Counted from the stretch's first letter, positions 37,161 through 48,830 are shown. The stretch is 64,000 bases of DNA from Candidatus Rokuibacteriota bacterium (GCA_023248995.1 JAHFDN010000001.1:51249-115248); one strand, 5' to 3'. The notes: generated by a model from the sequence alone, not told the origin. Made by a program: numbers and translations.

Positions 37161-38279
37161 TCAGGCGTGAAGCCGGGCGAGAAACCAGTCGCGGCTCAGG
37201 ATGAACAGGGACAGGAAGCCGGCCGTGATGAGCATCTCGGTGAGACCGCTCGGAAAGGCGGCCCCCGCCGAGATGGATGGAACGACGAGCATCACCCGCT
37301 CCAGGAAGAGCGCCACGAGGCCCAGCAGGGTCACGAGGACCAAGGGGCCGTGCCGCTCCGGCGGCCGGCCGGTGAGCCGCTTCAGGAGGTAGACGAAGGG
37401 GAGCACCCACCCCACGACGAAGATCACGAAGGCGAGCAGCCGCCAGGGATCCACGAAGAATCTACGGAGAAAGAACTTGGTCTCGACGGGGACGTTCCCG
37501 TACCAGATGACCAGGTATTGCGACCAGAAGAAGTACATCCAGAGCGTGCTCGTGGCGAAGACCAGCTTGGCCACGTCCTGGACCGCGGCGGGGGGGATGG
37601 CGGCCAGCCCCGTGGCGTTGGCGCGCACGCTCAGAACGGCCAGGAGGGCGAAGCCGGCGTAGAGCGTGCTGACGACGAAGTACCCGCCGAAAAGCCCGCT
37701 GTACCACCGAGGGTCGAGGGACATGACGAGGTCGAAGCCGAAGAGCGACAGCACGACCACGTAGAGGAAAAGCACGGCGGTCGCCAGGGCGGCGCGCCGT
37801 CCCTTGTCTCGCCGCTCCGTCTCGGGGTCGGCCGTTCCTTGCCTGAAACCGGCGCGCACGAAGGCGAAGGTAAGCGCGTAGAGGACCAGGATCCCCACGC
37901 CGATGCGGGTGGCCATGAAGGGGACATTCAGCCAGGCCGCTTTGACCGGGATCGGGCTCGTCACCCACGGGTAGAGCGTGGCGCGGCCGCCGAAGAGAAT
38001 CAGGAAGAGGACGAACGAGACGGGGAGAAAGCCGGCCGTGGTCAGCGCGATCCGCTTGACGCCCGGCGACCAGCGGGCTTCCATGAGTTCCATCATCGCG
38101 GCGATCGCCGGCCCGGTCACCGCGAGCCCGGACCAGAAAACCAGGTTGATCAGGTAAATCGCCCAGGTCCGCTCGGCCGCCCGAGTCACCCCGAGGACAA
38201 ACGCAGCACCCCCGGCGAGGGCGATCGCCGCCAAGAAAAGCCGCGACCCCGGGGATAAGCGCTGTCCTCGGGCGATCAT
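37161..38279 (-). CDS. actF: Alternative complex III subunit F (NrfD-like membrane protein)
   Basis: KAAWLNVPF, DLVMSLDPRWYSGLFG, WMYFFWSQYLVIWYGNVPVE. Confidence 0.85.
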   Translation of the reverse strand: MIARGQRLSPGSRLFLAAIALAGGAAFVLGVTRAAERTWAIYLINLVFWSGLAVTGPAIAAMMELMEARWSPGVKRIALTTAGFLPVSFVLFLILFGGRATLYPWVTSPIPVKAAWLNVPFMATRIGVGILVLYALTFAFVRAGFRQGTADPETERRDKGRRAALATAVLFLYVVVLSLFGFDLVMSLDPRWYSGLFGGYFVVSTLYAGFALLAVLSVRANATGLAAIPPAAVQDVAKLVFATSTLWMYFFWSQYLVIWYGNVPVETKFFLRRFFVDPWRLLAFVIFVVGWVLPFVYLLKRLTGRPPERHGPLVLVTLLGLVALFLERVMLVVPSISAGAAFPSGLTEMLITAGFLSLFILSRDWFLARLHA

Positions 38280-38779
38280 TTGGCGGCGATGCTCCTCAGG
38301 TAATGCACGACGTCCCAGCGCTCCTCGGCGGACAGGGCTTCGCCGTAGGCGGGCATCACCGCTCCGCCGGTGCCGATGACGTGCTGGAGGTAGCCGTCGG
38401 TCCGCGCCTTCTGGATGGAGGGATGGGTGATGTCGGGAGGGGGGATGAACTTCGGCGAAACCAGCCCGTCTCCCTTCCCTCCGGCCCCGTGGCAGGGGGT
38501 GCAGTAGATCGCGAACAGAGCCTTGCCGCGCGCCACCGATTCGGGCGTGGCCTTGACGGGGTTCGGTCGCCGTGCGGCGAGATCCCGCGCTTCGCGCGGC
38601 GGCGTCAACTCGCCCCCGGAGCGCGGCAGGGTGCCGGCCGGCATCTCGAAGGTCCGCTCGCCGGGAACGATCTTGGGGGTACTGGTCATGTTGTCGGTCC
38701 AGCGCAGGACAATGACGCCTCCCATCAATCCCCCCGCCGCGAGGATCGTCAGGAGGACCAGGCCGAAGACGTACTTCAC
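38276..38779 (-). CDS. actE: Alternative complex III subunit E (monoheme cytochrome c)
   Basis: N-terminal TM helix, CTPCH, GDGLV, MPAYG. Confidence 0.88.
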   Translation of the reverse strand: MKYVFGLVLLTILAAGGLMGGVIVLRWTDNMTSTPKIVPGERTFEMPAGTLPRSGGELTPPREARDLAARRPNPVKATPESVARGKALFAIYCTPCHGAGGKGDGLVSPKFIPPPDITHPSIQKARTDGYLQHVIGTGGAVMPAYGEALSAEERWDVVHYLRSIAAK

Positions 38780-39282
38780 CGCCGCACCTCCTCCGCCCCC
38801 GCCTCCTGAAGGCATGTGCGGACGGCGGCGACCAGGTCCGGGGAACAGGTGACCGCGATCCCGAAGCGATCCACCGTGAAGCGCGGGTCATAGGTGGGCG
38901 AACGGCGGAGCGACGGGAGCTTCCCCAGCACCAGGATCGCCAGCAGTGAGGACAGGCCTCCCAGGAGAATCGTCAGCTCGAAGGCGATGATCACGAAGGG
39001 CGGGATCGAGACGATGGGCTTCGCGCCGGTGACCAGGCCCCACTTCAGCGAGGTCCAGATCGGGAGGGCGAATCCCGTCACGGTCCCCGTGAGCCCACCG
39101 ATGAGCGTGAACAAGCGGACGGGACTCACCGGTCGGCCTTCCTCCAACGCCGCCTCGATCTCTTCCACCGGGACCGGCAGATAGACGGAAAAGTCGGTGA
39201 ACCCCCGAGCCCGTAAGTCCCGGATCGCCCTGACGGTCGAATCCACGTGGGCAAAGATACCGAGGATGCAGGCGGCGGCCAT
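38776..39282 (-). CDS. actD: Alternative complex III subunit D (DUF3341)
   Basis: GAKPIVSIPPFVIIAFELTILL, YDPRFTVDRFGI. Confidence 0.88.
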   Translation of the reverse strand: MAAACILGIFAHVDSTVRAIRDLRARGFTDFSVYLPVPVEEIEAALEEGRPVSPVRLFTLIGGLTGTVTGFALPIWTSLKWGLVTGAKPIVSIPPFVIIAFELTILLGGLSSLLAILVLGKLPSLRRSPTYDPRFTVDRFGIAVTCSPDLVAAVRTCLQEAGAEEVRR

Positions 39283-40616
39283 CAGTGGTGAGGGTCCTTC
39301 AGGGGATGTGGGAGGGTTTCTTTGACCTCGACGATCGAGACGGAGGGCATCACCTTGATGAACCCGAGGAAGAGGATGAAGAACCAGGCGAAGCTACCGA
39401 TCACGATGAGGGTATCGGTCAGCGTTGGGTAGTAGATCCCCCACGTGTACGGGTAGAAGTCATGCCCGAGACCGGGGACGATGATGTTGAAGCGCTCGAA
39501 CCACATCCCGATCAACACGAGAATCGACACGACGTACAGAGTGGGGGGATGAATCCGAGCGCGCCGGGAGAAAAGGACGAGGGGCACCAGGCTGTTACAG
39601 AAGTACTGGAGCCAGAACGCCCAGGCGTAGTTCCGTGTGGCCTTCCAGAAGAGCGAGGCCCGCTCGAAGTGATCGCCGCTGTACCACGCGGTGAACGCCT
39701 CGCAGACGTAGAAGTACGTGAGGACGAGGCTGGTGACGAGGATCAGCTTCGCGATGGCGTCCAGGTGCCGGTTGGTGATGTAGGCGTAAAGGTTGAACAG
39801 CGGCCGCATCGGGATGATCAGGACCAGGACCATGGCGAAGCCCGAAAAGATCGCGCCGTCCACGAAGAACGGGGCGAACAGCGTCGAATGCCACCCGGGG
39901 ACGAGCGCCATCGCAAAGTCCCAGGAGACCACGCTGTGTACCGACAGCACCAGCGGTGTGGCCAAGGCCGCCAAGAGCCCGTAGGCCCGTCGGTAGTGGC
40001 GCCACTGTCGATCCGTCCCCTCCCAGCCGAGGGCGAGAACACCGTAGATCTTCCGCTTCCAGCCGGTCGAGGCGTCGCGGATGGCGGCAATGTCCGGGAG
40101 CAACCCCACGGAGAAGAAGACCACGCTGATCGTCAGGTAGGTGGAGATGGCGAAGACATCCCAGACGAGCGGCGATCGGAAGTTCGGCCAGAGGTAGCGC
40201 TGGTTCGGGTACGGGAGCAGCCAGTAGGCGAACCACATGCGGCCGGCGTGGATGAGGGGGAAGAGCCCGGCGGTCATGACCGCGAACACCGTCATCGCTT
40301 CGGCGCCGCGATAAATCGAGGTACGCCAGCGAGCCCGGAACAGGTACAGGATCGCCGAGATGAGGGTCCCGGCGTGACCGATGCCGATCCAGAATACGAA
40401 GGACGTGATGTACATCGCCCAGTTCTGGGGCGTCCGCTTTCCCGCAGCCCCCATGCCGATGTAGATCTGCCACGTCCACGCCAGGATCCCCGCGGTCAGG
40501 ATCAGCCCGACGATCGACATCCAGCCGAAGTAGGCTGGTGAGGGCGTCCAGAGGGTGCCGATGACGTCCCGGTTGACGTCGGCGTAGGTCGGCTGGTGGG
40601 CGTCGTCCCGCCTCAT
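39282..40616 (-). CDS. actC: Alternative complex III subunit C (quinol-binding NrfD protein)
   Basis: FVFWIGIGHAGTLISAIL, PNFRSPLVWDVFAISTY, LSVHSVVSWDFA, GMWFERF. Confidence 0.95.
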   Translation of the reverse strand: MRRDDAHQPTYADVNRDVIGTLWTPSPAYFGWMSIVGLILTAGILAWTWQIYIGMGAAGKRTPQNWAMYITSFVFWIGIGHAGTLISAILYLFRARWRTSIYRGAEAMTVFAVMTAGLFPLIHAGRMWFAYWLLPYPNQRYLWPNFRSPLVWDVFAISTYLTISVVFFSVGLLPDIAAIRDASTGWKRKIYGVLALGWEGTDRQWRHYRRAYGLLAALATPLVLSVHSVVSWDFAMALVPGWHSTLFAPFFVDGAIFSGFAMVLVLIIPMRPLFNLYAYITNRHLDAIAKLILVTSLVLTYFYVCEAFTAWYSGDHFERASLFWKATRNYAWAFWLQYFCNSLVPLVLFSRRARIHPPTLYVVSILVLIGMWFERFNIIVPGLGHDFYPYTWGIYYPTLTDTLIVIGSFAWFFILFLGFIKVMPSVSIVEVKETLPHPLKDPHH

Positions 40617-43564
40617 GTCTTGCCGTGGTCGCGGGTGACCTTCTTGAGGTAGGTAATCGCGGGCCGGGTCCCGAGCTCGTCCAGCACATGGTAGCCGCGC
40701 GGCGACCGAGACACCCTGGACGCCCGGCTCGACGGGTCCTTCAGGTTGCCGAAGACGATCGCCTGTGTGGGACAGGTCTGCTGGCAGGCGGTCAGGATAT
40801 CGCCGTCCGTCACCTTGCGCCCCTCATCGCGGGCACGGTCCTTCCCCCCGATAATCCGCTGGATGCACATCGTGCACTTCTCCATGACCCCCAACTGGCG
40901 GACCGTGACGTCCGGGTTGAGCTGGAGAGGCAGCGGATCGGGGAAGGCGTAGCTGCTGGACGCCGGAGAGCCGTAATCCCACCAGTTGAACCGCCGCACG
41001 TGGTAGGGACAGTTGTTGTTGCAGTAGCGCGTGCCGACGCAGCGATTGTAGACCTGAGCGTTGAGCCCCTCCTGCGTATGGTAGCTGGCGAAGACCGGGC
41101 AGACCGGCTCGCACGGGGCGACCTCGCAGTGCTGGCAGAGCATAGGCAGGAAGAGCGTGTCGGGATGGTGTGGGGGGCCCTCCTGCCAGCGCTCGATGCG
41201 GAGCCAGTGCATGTCGCGCCCGTAGGCGACCTGTTCCTTTCCCACCACCGGAACGTTGTTCTCCGCCTTGCACGCGATCACGCAGGCCTGGCATCCGATG
41301 CACGAGTCCACGTCGATCGTCATTCCCCAGCGGTACTCGGGATACTTGAGATCGGGATACATGCTGGGGTGGCTGGCCTTCTCGGGGACCGCACCCCGGA
41401 GCTCCAGCTCGCGGGCGGCGGTCAACCCCACGTGCTGCGCGAGTTCCCGTTCATCCTGGTTGGCCGTCGCCTGGGGAATGGCCAGGGGACGCCGGCCCCC
41501 GGTCTTGGTCAGCGTGAGCCTGACGGACAGGAAGGCGAGACCTCCCGGCGTCGGTGCTTGAGGCAGGAGGGCCAGGGGATTGGCGCCTCGATCTTTCGCG
41601 TAGCGGCCGTACCTGGTGTGCCCTTGGCCGATGGGAATGGCAACGGCATCCGGGTGGAGCGACTCGGAGATGTAGGCCGGTAGCTCGATCGCGCCGTGGG
41701 GGGAAGCGATCCTCACCAGATCGCCCTGGCGGACCTGGAGCGTCCTGGCGCGCTCGGCGGGAATTTCCGCCCAGGAGTCCCACGCCACCTGAGTCATGCT
41801 GTCGGGGGCTTCCTGGAGCCAGGGCTTGTTGGCGCCGCGCCCGTCGTAGAAGCGCAATGAGGGGTACGTGAGGAGCGTCGGCCCCTGGGCGCCGTCCTCG
41901 GTCGCCGTTCGCTTGCTCGCCATGGCGACCGGCTGCGCCTTCACCGGGACCGTCGGCACCCCCCTCCAGACGCCACCCCGCCGGAGCGCTTCTTCCCAGA
42001 ACTGGTCGAAGGGGGTGCCGGGGGCGACCTCCCTGGCGATCCCCCGCCATTGCTCCTTCAAGTAATCCTGGAAGGTCGCCCAGCGAAGTGGGCCTTTCCC
42101 CTCAGCCGAGCGCAGCGCCTGGCGGCCCACGGCGATGAGGACGTCGCCGACGGCTCTCGAGCCGAAGACCGGGGCCATCGTCGGCTGCATCAGCCCAACG
42201 ACGCCTTCGCGCGGCGAGAAATCACCCCAGGACTCGAGCGGATGGAGATCGGGCAGGATGAGGTGAGCGTGCTCGCTGGTCTCGTCCGGCTGGTTCGCGA
42301 AGCTCACGACCAGCGGCACTTTCTTGAGGGCATCGGCGAAGGCGGTCGTGGCGGGCAGGGTGAAGACCGGGTTCGCGTGGACCACGAGGAGGACCTCGAT
42401 CTCCCCTCTCCTCATGCTCTCGGTCAGGGCCAGCACGTCGGCGTACGAGCTCGCCTTGCCGAAGGCCGAGTCCGGGCCGAAGCGGACCGTTCGCCCCACG
42501 TTGCCCGTTGCGTAGTTCAAGAGGTGGATTGCCACCTGGACGTCCACCGCGTCGATCCCCGTGACCGCCACCCCGCCGCCGACGGCGAGCCCGGGCTTGG
42601 CCTTGGCGAGGGCGCGGGCCACGCGCTTGATGGTTTCCGCGGGGACGCCCGACTGGCGGGCGATCGCCCCGACGTCCGGCGCGCCGATCGCGCCTCTGAG
42701 CGCCGCCAGGTCCACGCCCGGGGCCTGGAGCCCTTCGTCGAGGATCACCTTGAGGAGCGCCACGGCGAGGAGCCTCTCGGTTCCCGGCGTATTCCGGATC
42801 CACTCATCAGCGTTGGCGGCGGTCATCGAGAGCCGCGGCTCCACATGGATCGAGGTGCCCGCCCTGCCGTGCGCCAGCGCGTGCATCCGGGCGAAGCCGC
42901 GGGCGTGGGCCACCGGCGACAGCCAGGTCTCCAGGAAGTCCGCGCCGAAGGAGAGGACGACATTCGCGTCCTCGAACGCGTAGTCGGGGATCGCGTCGCG
43001 GCCGAAGACCACGCGACTTGCGGCGCGAACCGCCTCGTAGTTGAAGGGCTCGTAGGCGACCCGGCGGCGCGCCCCCAGGGCCCCGCCCCACGCGTCCATC
43101 AGCCGGCCGAGGCTCCCGCTCTCGAGCTGGGTCAGGACCGCGATCCGGCGGCCCTGTTTGTCCTTGATGAGCGCGGCCAGGCGCTCGGCGAGGAATTTCT
43201 CGGCTTCTTCCCAGGCGACGGGCTTGGGGGCGCCCGACGCGTCGCGCCGGAGCGGCCCCCGCACCCGGTCCGGGTTGTAAAGCCCCTGGAGACCGGCCTG
43301 GCCGCGGATGCACAACGTCCCGCGATTCACCGGGTGGTCGGGATTGCCCTCGAGCTTGACGATGCGTCCTTCGCGGTTGCGTGCGACGACGCCGCAACCC
43401 GCCGGGCATTCGCGACAGACCGAGGAGAACCACGAGGCGACACCAGGCACGAGGTTATCGGGCGGGATCACCAGAGGCAGGATCTGCTCCGGGCTTCGGG
43501 CGCACCCGGTCATCGCCGCCGCGGTCGAGGCGCCGACGATCTTAAAGAAGTCCCGCCGCTTCAT
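40613..43564 (-). CDS. actB: Alternative complex III subunit B (molybdopterin-oxidoreductase-like plus Fe-S domain)
   Basis: KRRDFFK Tat signal, KLEGNPDHP, GANKPWLQE, CIGCQACVIACKAENN, CQHCEVAPCEPVCP, CVGTRYCNNNCPY, MEKCTMC. Confidence 0.93.
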   Translation of the reverse strand: MKRRDFFKIVGASTAAAMTGCARSPEQILPLVIPPDNLVPGVASWFSSVCRECPAGCGVVARNREGRIVKLEGNPDHPVNRGTLCIRGQAGLQGLYNPDRVRGPLRRDASGAPKPVAWEEAEKFLAERLAALIKDKQGRRIAVLTQLESGSLGRLMDAWGGALGARRRVAYEPFNYEAVRAASRVVFGRDAIPDYAFEDANVVLSFGADFLETWLSPVAHARGFARMHALAHGRAGTSIHVEPRLSMTAANADEWIRNTPGTERLLAVALLKVILDEGLQAPGVDLAALRGAIGAPDVGAIARQSGVPAETIKRVARALAKAKPGLAVGGGVAVTGIDAVDVQVAIHLLNYATGNVGRTVRFGPDSAFGKASSYADVLALTESMRRGEIEVLLVVHANPVFTLPATTAFADALKKVPLVVSFANQPDETSEHAHLILPDLHPLESWGDFSPREGVVGLMQPTMAPVFGSRAVGDVLIAVGRQALRSAEGKGPLRWATFQDYLKEQWRGIAREVAPGTPFDQFWEEALRRGGVWRGVPTVPVKAQPVAMASKRTATEDGAQGPTLLTYPSLRFYDGRGANKPWLQEAPDSMTQVAWDSWAEIPAERARTLQVRQGDLVRIASPHGAIELPAYISESLHPDAVAIPIGQGHTRYGRYAKDRGANPLALLPQAPTPGGLAFLSVRLTLTKTGGRRPLAIPQATANQDERELAQHVGLTAARELELRGAVPEKASHPSMYPDLKYPEYRWGMTIDVDSCIGCQACVIACKAENNVPVVGKEQVAYGRDMHWLRIERWQEGPPHHPDTLFLPMLCQHCEVAPCEPVCPVFASYHTQEGLNAQVYNRCVGTRYCNNNCPYHVRRFNWWDYGSPASSSYAFPDPLPLQLNPDVTVRQLGVMEKCTMCIQRIIGGKDRARDEGRKVTDGDILTACQQTCPTQAIVFGNLKDPSSRASRVSRSPRGYHVLDELGTRPAITYLKKVTRDHGKT

Positions 43565-43586
43565 CGCGCTCTCGCCCCCTCGTCGT

Positions 43587-44165
43587 TCAATGATGACAGA
43601 CCACGCACTCGAGCGGCGCCTTGGTCTGCTTCGTGGCGTTCATCGTCGTGTGGCATTCTACGCACCAGCCCATGGTCAGCGGGGTCGAGGACCGCGCCAG
43701 GCCCAGGAGGTTCAGGAGGTCGTTGGTCAGGTTCTGTCCCGTCGTGGCCCCGACGACAGCCATGGTTTCGACGGGTCCGTGGCACGTCTGGCACGTGACT
43801 TCGGCGCGGACGTGCGGCTTGTGCGGGAAGTGGACGTACTCGGGAACCTTGAACACGCGAACCCATGGGATCGGTTTTTTCTCGTTGAAGAACGCCGCCA
43901 GCTTCTGGATCTCCGGACGGTCGGCCGCCGTGATCTTGTGGCAGCCCATGCAGCGCGAGACCGAGGGAAGCCCGGCGTACTCGGAGCGTCGCGCGTCCGC
44001 GTGGCAGTACTGGCAGTTGATCTTGTACTGCCCGGCGTGGATCTGGTGGCTGAAGGCGATGGGCTGGGCCGGAGCGGCGGGCTGGGCGCCGGCGGAATGC
44101 GCCAGGGAGAGGATGGCGGCGAAGAGCGCGAGAGTCGCTACGCCGACGCCCACCTGTCTCCTCAT
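43587..44165 (-). CDS. actA: Alternative complex III subunit A (pentaheme cytochrome c)
   Basis: QPIAFSHQIH; five CxxCH motifs (CQYCH, CMGCH, CQTCH, CVECH, CVVCH); LTMGWC. Confidence 0.93.
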   Translation of the reverse strand: MRRQVGVGVATLALFAAILSLAHSAGAQPAAPAQPIAFSHQIHAGQYKINCQYCHADARRSEYAGLPSVSRCMGCHKITAADRPEIQKLAAFFNEKKPIPWVRVFKVPEYVHFPHKPHVRAEVTCQTCHGPVETMAVVGATTGQNLTNDLLNLLGLARSSTPLTMGWCVECHTTMNATKQTKAPLECVVCHH

Positions 44166-44265
44166 CTCGCGTGACGGGCTCCTCCGGGCCGGCGAACCGA
44201 AAGCGCGTGCTGTGCTTGGCTGGAACGGAGTCGGAAGGCGTGACCCCGGGGCCGAAACCCCGTGA

Positions 44266-44295
44266 ATCCTAGCACCCGGTTTCCCTTCCCGTCAA
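44266..44295 (-). promoter_or_regulatory. Sigma70-type promoter of the act operon
   Basis: TTGACG-18 nt-TAGGAT with extended TG. Confidence 0.6.
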
Positions 44296-44301
44296 TAGGG
44301 T

Positions 44302-45579
<1,278 letters not shown>

Positions 45580-45580
45580 G

Positions 45581-46042
45581 TCAGAATCCCTTCAGCGTCA
45601 CGGGGAGAAACTCGCGCCGATCCTGGCTCCACGCGAACGCGGCCGCACCCGACAGCCTTCCGCCCAGAACCGAGACGACCACGTACGTCGCGTCGGGATA
45701 GATGGGCTCGCCCTGGAGGAGGGCGTTCTGCTTGTCGGTCTCCGAGAAGTATGCGCCCGCGTCGATGTGGGAGTGGTAGATCGTCCTCACCCGGTATCCT
45801 TCGCCTTCCAGGCGTCCAATCCGGAGAAGATCCTTCGGGTCGACCTGGTAGGCGACCCGCGCGTCGCGCGGGTGCCGGGACGGGTCCTTGATGTGGAGCT
45901 CGTTCTGAATGTTCCGGCAGGCGACCACGAGCCGATCGCCCGGCGCGCCGTTCCGCTCGAGCACGACGCCGCAGCATTCGGACGGGTATTCGGTCTCGGC
46001 TTGGGCGCGGATCCGCTCGAATTCCTCGCGGCCGAGGATCAT
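45581..46042 (-). CDS. JAMM/MPN+ metallopeptidase (Mec/CysO-cysteine peptidase-like)
   Basis: YPSECCG; [15 protein letters not shown] (HxH-x7-S-x2-D JAMM motif). Confidence 0.9.
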   Translation of the reverse strand: MILGREEFERIRAQAETEYPSECCGVVLERNGAPGDRLVVACRNIQNELHIKDPSRHPRDARVAYQVDPKDLLRIGRLEGEGYRVRTIYHSHIDAGAYFSETDKQNALLQGEPIYPDATYVVVSVLGGRLSGAAAFAWSQDRREFLPVTLKGF

Positions 46043-46317
46043 CGCCCTCCGGCCAGCGCCGGGATGATCGTCACCTCGTCGCCGTCCTTGAGCGGCGTCG
46101 CGAGGCCCTCGAGGGCGTCGATAGCCTCGCTGTTGACGTAGATGTTCACGTGAGCATGCACCTCGCCCCGATCGTTTCGCACCAGGCCCTTGAGCCCGCC
46201 GAACGTGTCCTCGAGCCGATCCAGGAGGCGGCCGACGTTCGGCGCCTCGACCTCGACCTTGTCTTTGTTGTTGGTCGCCCGTCGGAACGGGGTCGGAATG
46301 TACACCTGCACTGGCAT
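46039..46317 (-). CDS. MoaD/ThiS/CysO-type ubiquitin-like sulfur carrier
   Basis: [31 protein letters not shown]. Confidence 0.92.
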   Translation of the reverse strand: MPVQVYIPTPFRRATNNKDKVEVEAPNVGRLLDRLEDTFGGLKGLVRNDRGEVHAHVNIYVNSEAIDALEGLATPLKDGDEVTIIPALAGGR

Positions 46318-46351
46318 ACGCACGCCTCCTCGAAACGCCCCGGCCCTTTTT

Positions 46352-47296
46352 CTAGAACGTCAGGCTCAGGTAGCGCTCGCCCGTGTCGGGCAAGATGGTC
46401 ACGACGACCTGCTCGGGGTCGAGCCGCGCGGCCACCTGGCAGGCGGCAAACACGGCGGCGCCCGCCGATATTCCCACAAGCAGCCCTTCCTCGCGCGTCA
46501 GGCGTTTGGCCGTCGTGATGGCGTCCTCGTCCCGCACCTGGATGATCTCGTCGAGCACCTTGGGGTTCAGCACGCCCGGGACGAAGGAAGCCCCGATCCC
46601 CTGGATGGCGTGCGGGCGGCCCCTGCCGCCGGACAGAACGGGGGAGCGGGCCGGCTCCACGGCCACGATCTTGACGCCCGGCACCTTCTCCTTGAGCACC
46701 TCCCCGACCCCCGTGATGGTTCCCCCCGTCCCGACCCCGGCGACGAAGGCGTGGATCCGCCCCATGGTGGCGTCGAGAATCTCGAGCGCCGTCGTTCGCC
46801 GGTGGATCTCGGGGTTCGCCGGGTTCTCGAACTGCTGGGGCATGAAGTAGTCGGGATGCTCCCGGACGAGCTCCTGGGCGGCGTGCACGGCCCCGGTCAT
46901 CCCTTCGATCGCCGGCGTCAGGTGGAGCTCCGCGCCGAGTCGGGCCAGGAGCCGCTGGCGTTCCACGCTCATGTCGTCCGGCATGGTCAGGATCAGCCGG
47001 TACTGCCGCACCGCCGAAACGATCGCCAGGCCGATTCCGGTGTTGCCGCTGGTGGGCTCGACGATGGTGGACCCCGGCCTGAGCAGCCCGCGCCGCTCGG
47101 CGTCGTCGATCATGCTGACGGCGATGCGGTCCTTCACGCTTCCGCCCGGGTTGAGGGATTCGAGCTTCGCGAGCACGGTCGCGCCGCCCGGACTGGGCAG
47201 GCGGTTGAGTCGGACGAGCGGGGTACTGCCGACCAGCTCCAGCACGGACGCGGCGATCTTGGGGCGGTCCGTCGCTTCTCCTCGGCGTTGCGCCAT
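46352..47296 (-). CDS. cysK: Cysteine synthase A
   Basis: [53 protein letters not shown]. Confidence 0.95.
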   Translation of the reverse strand: MAQRRGEATDRPKIAASVLELVGSTPLVRLNRLPSPGGATVLAKLESLNPGGSVKDRIAVSMIDDAERRGLLRPGSTIVEPTSGNTGIGLAIVSAVRQYRLILTMPDDMSVERQRLLARLGAELHLTPAIEGMTGAVHAAQELVREHPDYFMPQQFENPANPEIHRRTTALEILDATMGRIHAFVAGVGTGGTITGVGEVLKEKVPGVKIVAVEPARSPVLSGGRGRPHAIQGIGASFVPGVLNPKVLDEIIQVRDEDAITTAKRLTREEGLLVGISAGAAVFAACQVAARLDPEQVVVTILPDTGERYLSLTF

Positions 47297-47341
47297 GGCG
47301 CCCTTTCCTATCGAGGTGTCGTGGTTTGCCGGCAAAAAAAA

Positions 47342-47788
47342 TTAAATATGGTACATCGGCCGCGCGGCGCTCCGCCGCTGCTCGACCCGGCGACACAGGT
47401 CGGCGAACGAGATGCGGTCAACCACCCCGGAGACCGCCGCGGAGATCTCTCCCCAGAGGTCCTGGAGATCGCTGCTGTGGTCCGAGGCCCCACGCCGTGC
47501 GCCTCGCGGGCGCGCGTCCCCGCGCTCCAGGGAGCCTTCCATGGCACGGAGCACCGAGCCGACGGTGATCTCGTCCGGCGGCCGTATCAGGTGATAGCCG
47601 CCGGCCGAGCCGCGCTTCGACTGCAGGAAGCCCGCGCCCTTGAGCAGGAGCAGGACCTGCTCCAGATAGCGCTGCGGGATCGCCTGCCGCCCGGCGATAT
47701 CCTGAATCGGGATCAGCCCCGCGCCGTAGTGGAGGGCCAGATCCAGCATCGCCTTGATCGCGTATTCGCCCTTCGCCGAGATCCGCAT
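47342..47788 (-). CDS. Rrf2-family regulator lacking Fe-S cysteines (CymR-like)
   Basis: MRISAKGEYA, YLEQVL...SKRGSAGGY, C-terminal MYHI. Confidence 0.88.
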   Translation of the reverse strand: MRISAKGEYAIKAMLDLALHYGAGLIPIQDIAGRQAIPQRYLEQVLLLLKGAGFLQSKRGSAGGYHLIRPPDEITVGSVLRAMEGSLERGDARPRGARRGASDHSSDLQDLWGEISAAVSGVVDRISFADLCRRVEQRRSAARPMYHI

Positions 47789-47843
47789 TGACGCGTGATG
47801 GCCGGTGGACCGCCCCCACTCTACCGTCTGCCGTTTTCGCGTG

Positions 47844-48830
47844 TCAAGGCGTCCCGCCGCGCTCGAGGAGCCGGGCAGCGTCCTTGGCGAAATAGGTGAT
47901 CACGAGGTCCGCGCCGGCCCGTCGGATCCCGACGAGGGCTTCCATCATCGCGCGCTCCTCGTCCAGCCAGCCGAGACGGCCCGCCGCCTTGATCATCGCG
48001 TACTCGCCCGACACCGAATAAGCCGCCACGGGCATGCCGAACTCGCCCTTCACGCGCGCGATCACATCCAGGTACGGCAGCGCCGGCTTGACCATGACGA
48101 TGTCGGCCCCCTCGTCGACGTCCAGCGCCACCTCTCGCATCGCCTCCATCGCGTTCGCGGGATCCATCTGGTAGGAGCGTCGATCCCCGAACTGCGGGGT
48201 GGACTCGGCGGCGTCCCGGAACGGACCGTAAAAGCTGGACGCGTACTTGGCGGAGTAGGCCATGATCGGACTCTCCGGAAATCCGGCCTCGTCGAGGGCC
48301 TCGCGGACCGCCGCCACCCGGCCGTCCATCATGTCCGACGGCGCCACCATGTCGGCGCCTGCCTCGACGTGGGACACGGCGGTTCGCGCCAAGAGGTCGA
48401 GGGTCGGATCGTTCTTCACCCGCCCGTCCTCCACGACGCCGCAGTGGCCGTGGCTCGTGTACTGGCAGAGGCACACGTCGGTAATCACCAGAAGGTCCGG
48501 GATCGTGTCCTTGACGGCCCGAATCGCCTGCTGGACGATCCCCGCCTCCGCGTAGGCCTCCGATCCCCGCGGGTCCTTCTCTTTCGGGATCCCGAAGAGG
48601 AGCACCGCCGGGATCCCCATTCCCGCCGCATCCTTCGCCTCCTTGACGAGCTCGTCGACGGACAGGCGATACTGGCCGGGCATGGAGGGAATCGGCTCGC
48701 GGACGCCCCGACCGTGCACGGTGAACAGGGGGTAGATGAGGTCGTCCACGCGAAGCGTGGTTTCCCGGATCAGGCTCCTCAGGAGCGGCGACTCGCGAAG
48801 TCGGCGCGGGCGGAAGACCGGGTACGGCAT
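47844..48830 (-). CDS. hemB: Porphobilinogen synthase
   Basis: [34 protein letters not shown]. Confidence 0.98.
   Translation of the reverse strand: MPYPVFRPRRLRESPLLRSLIRETTLRVDDLIYPLFTVHGRGVREPIPSMPGQYRLSVDELVKEAKDAAGMGIPAVLLFGIPKEKDPRGSEAYAEAGIVQQAIRAVKDTIPDLLVITDVCLCQYTSHGHCGVVEDGRVKNDPTLDLLARTAVSHVEAGADMVAPSDMMDGRVAAVREALDEAGFPESPIMAYSAKYASSFYGPFRDAAESTPQFGDRRSYQMDPANAMEAMREVALDVDEGADIVMVKPALPYLDVIARVKGEFGMPVAAYSVSGEYAMIKAAGRLGWLDEERAMMEALVGIRRAGADLVITYFAKDAARLLERGGTP

Noticed and set aside
44166-44265. Riboswitch in the act operon leader (and a Moco riboswitch before moaA/moeA)
   Set aside because: Only a small hairpin with no recognisable aptamer; moaA and moeA have no leader space. 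An Rfam scan would settle it.
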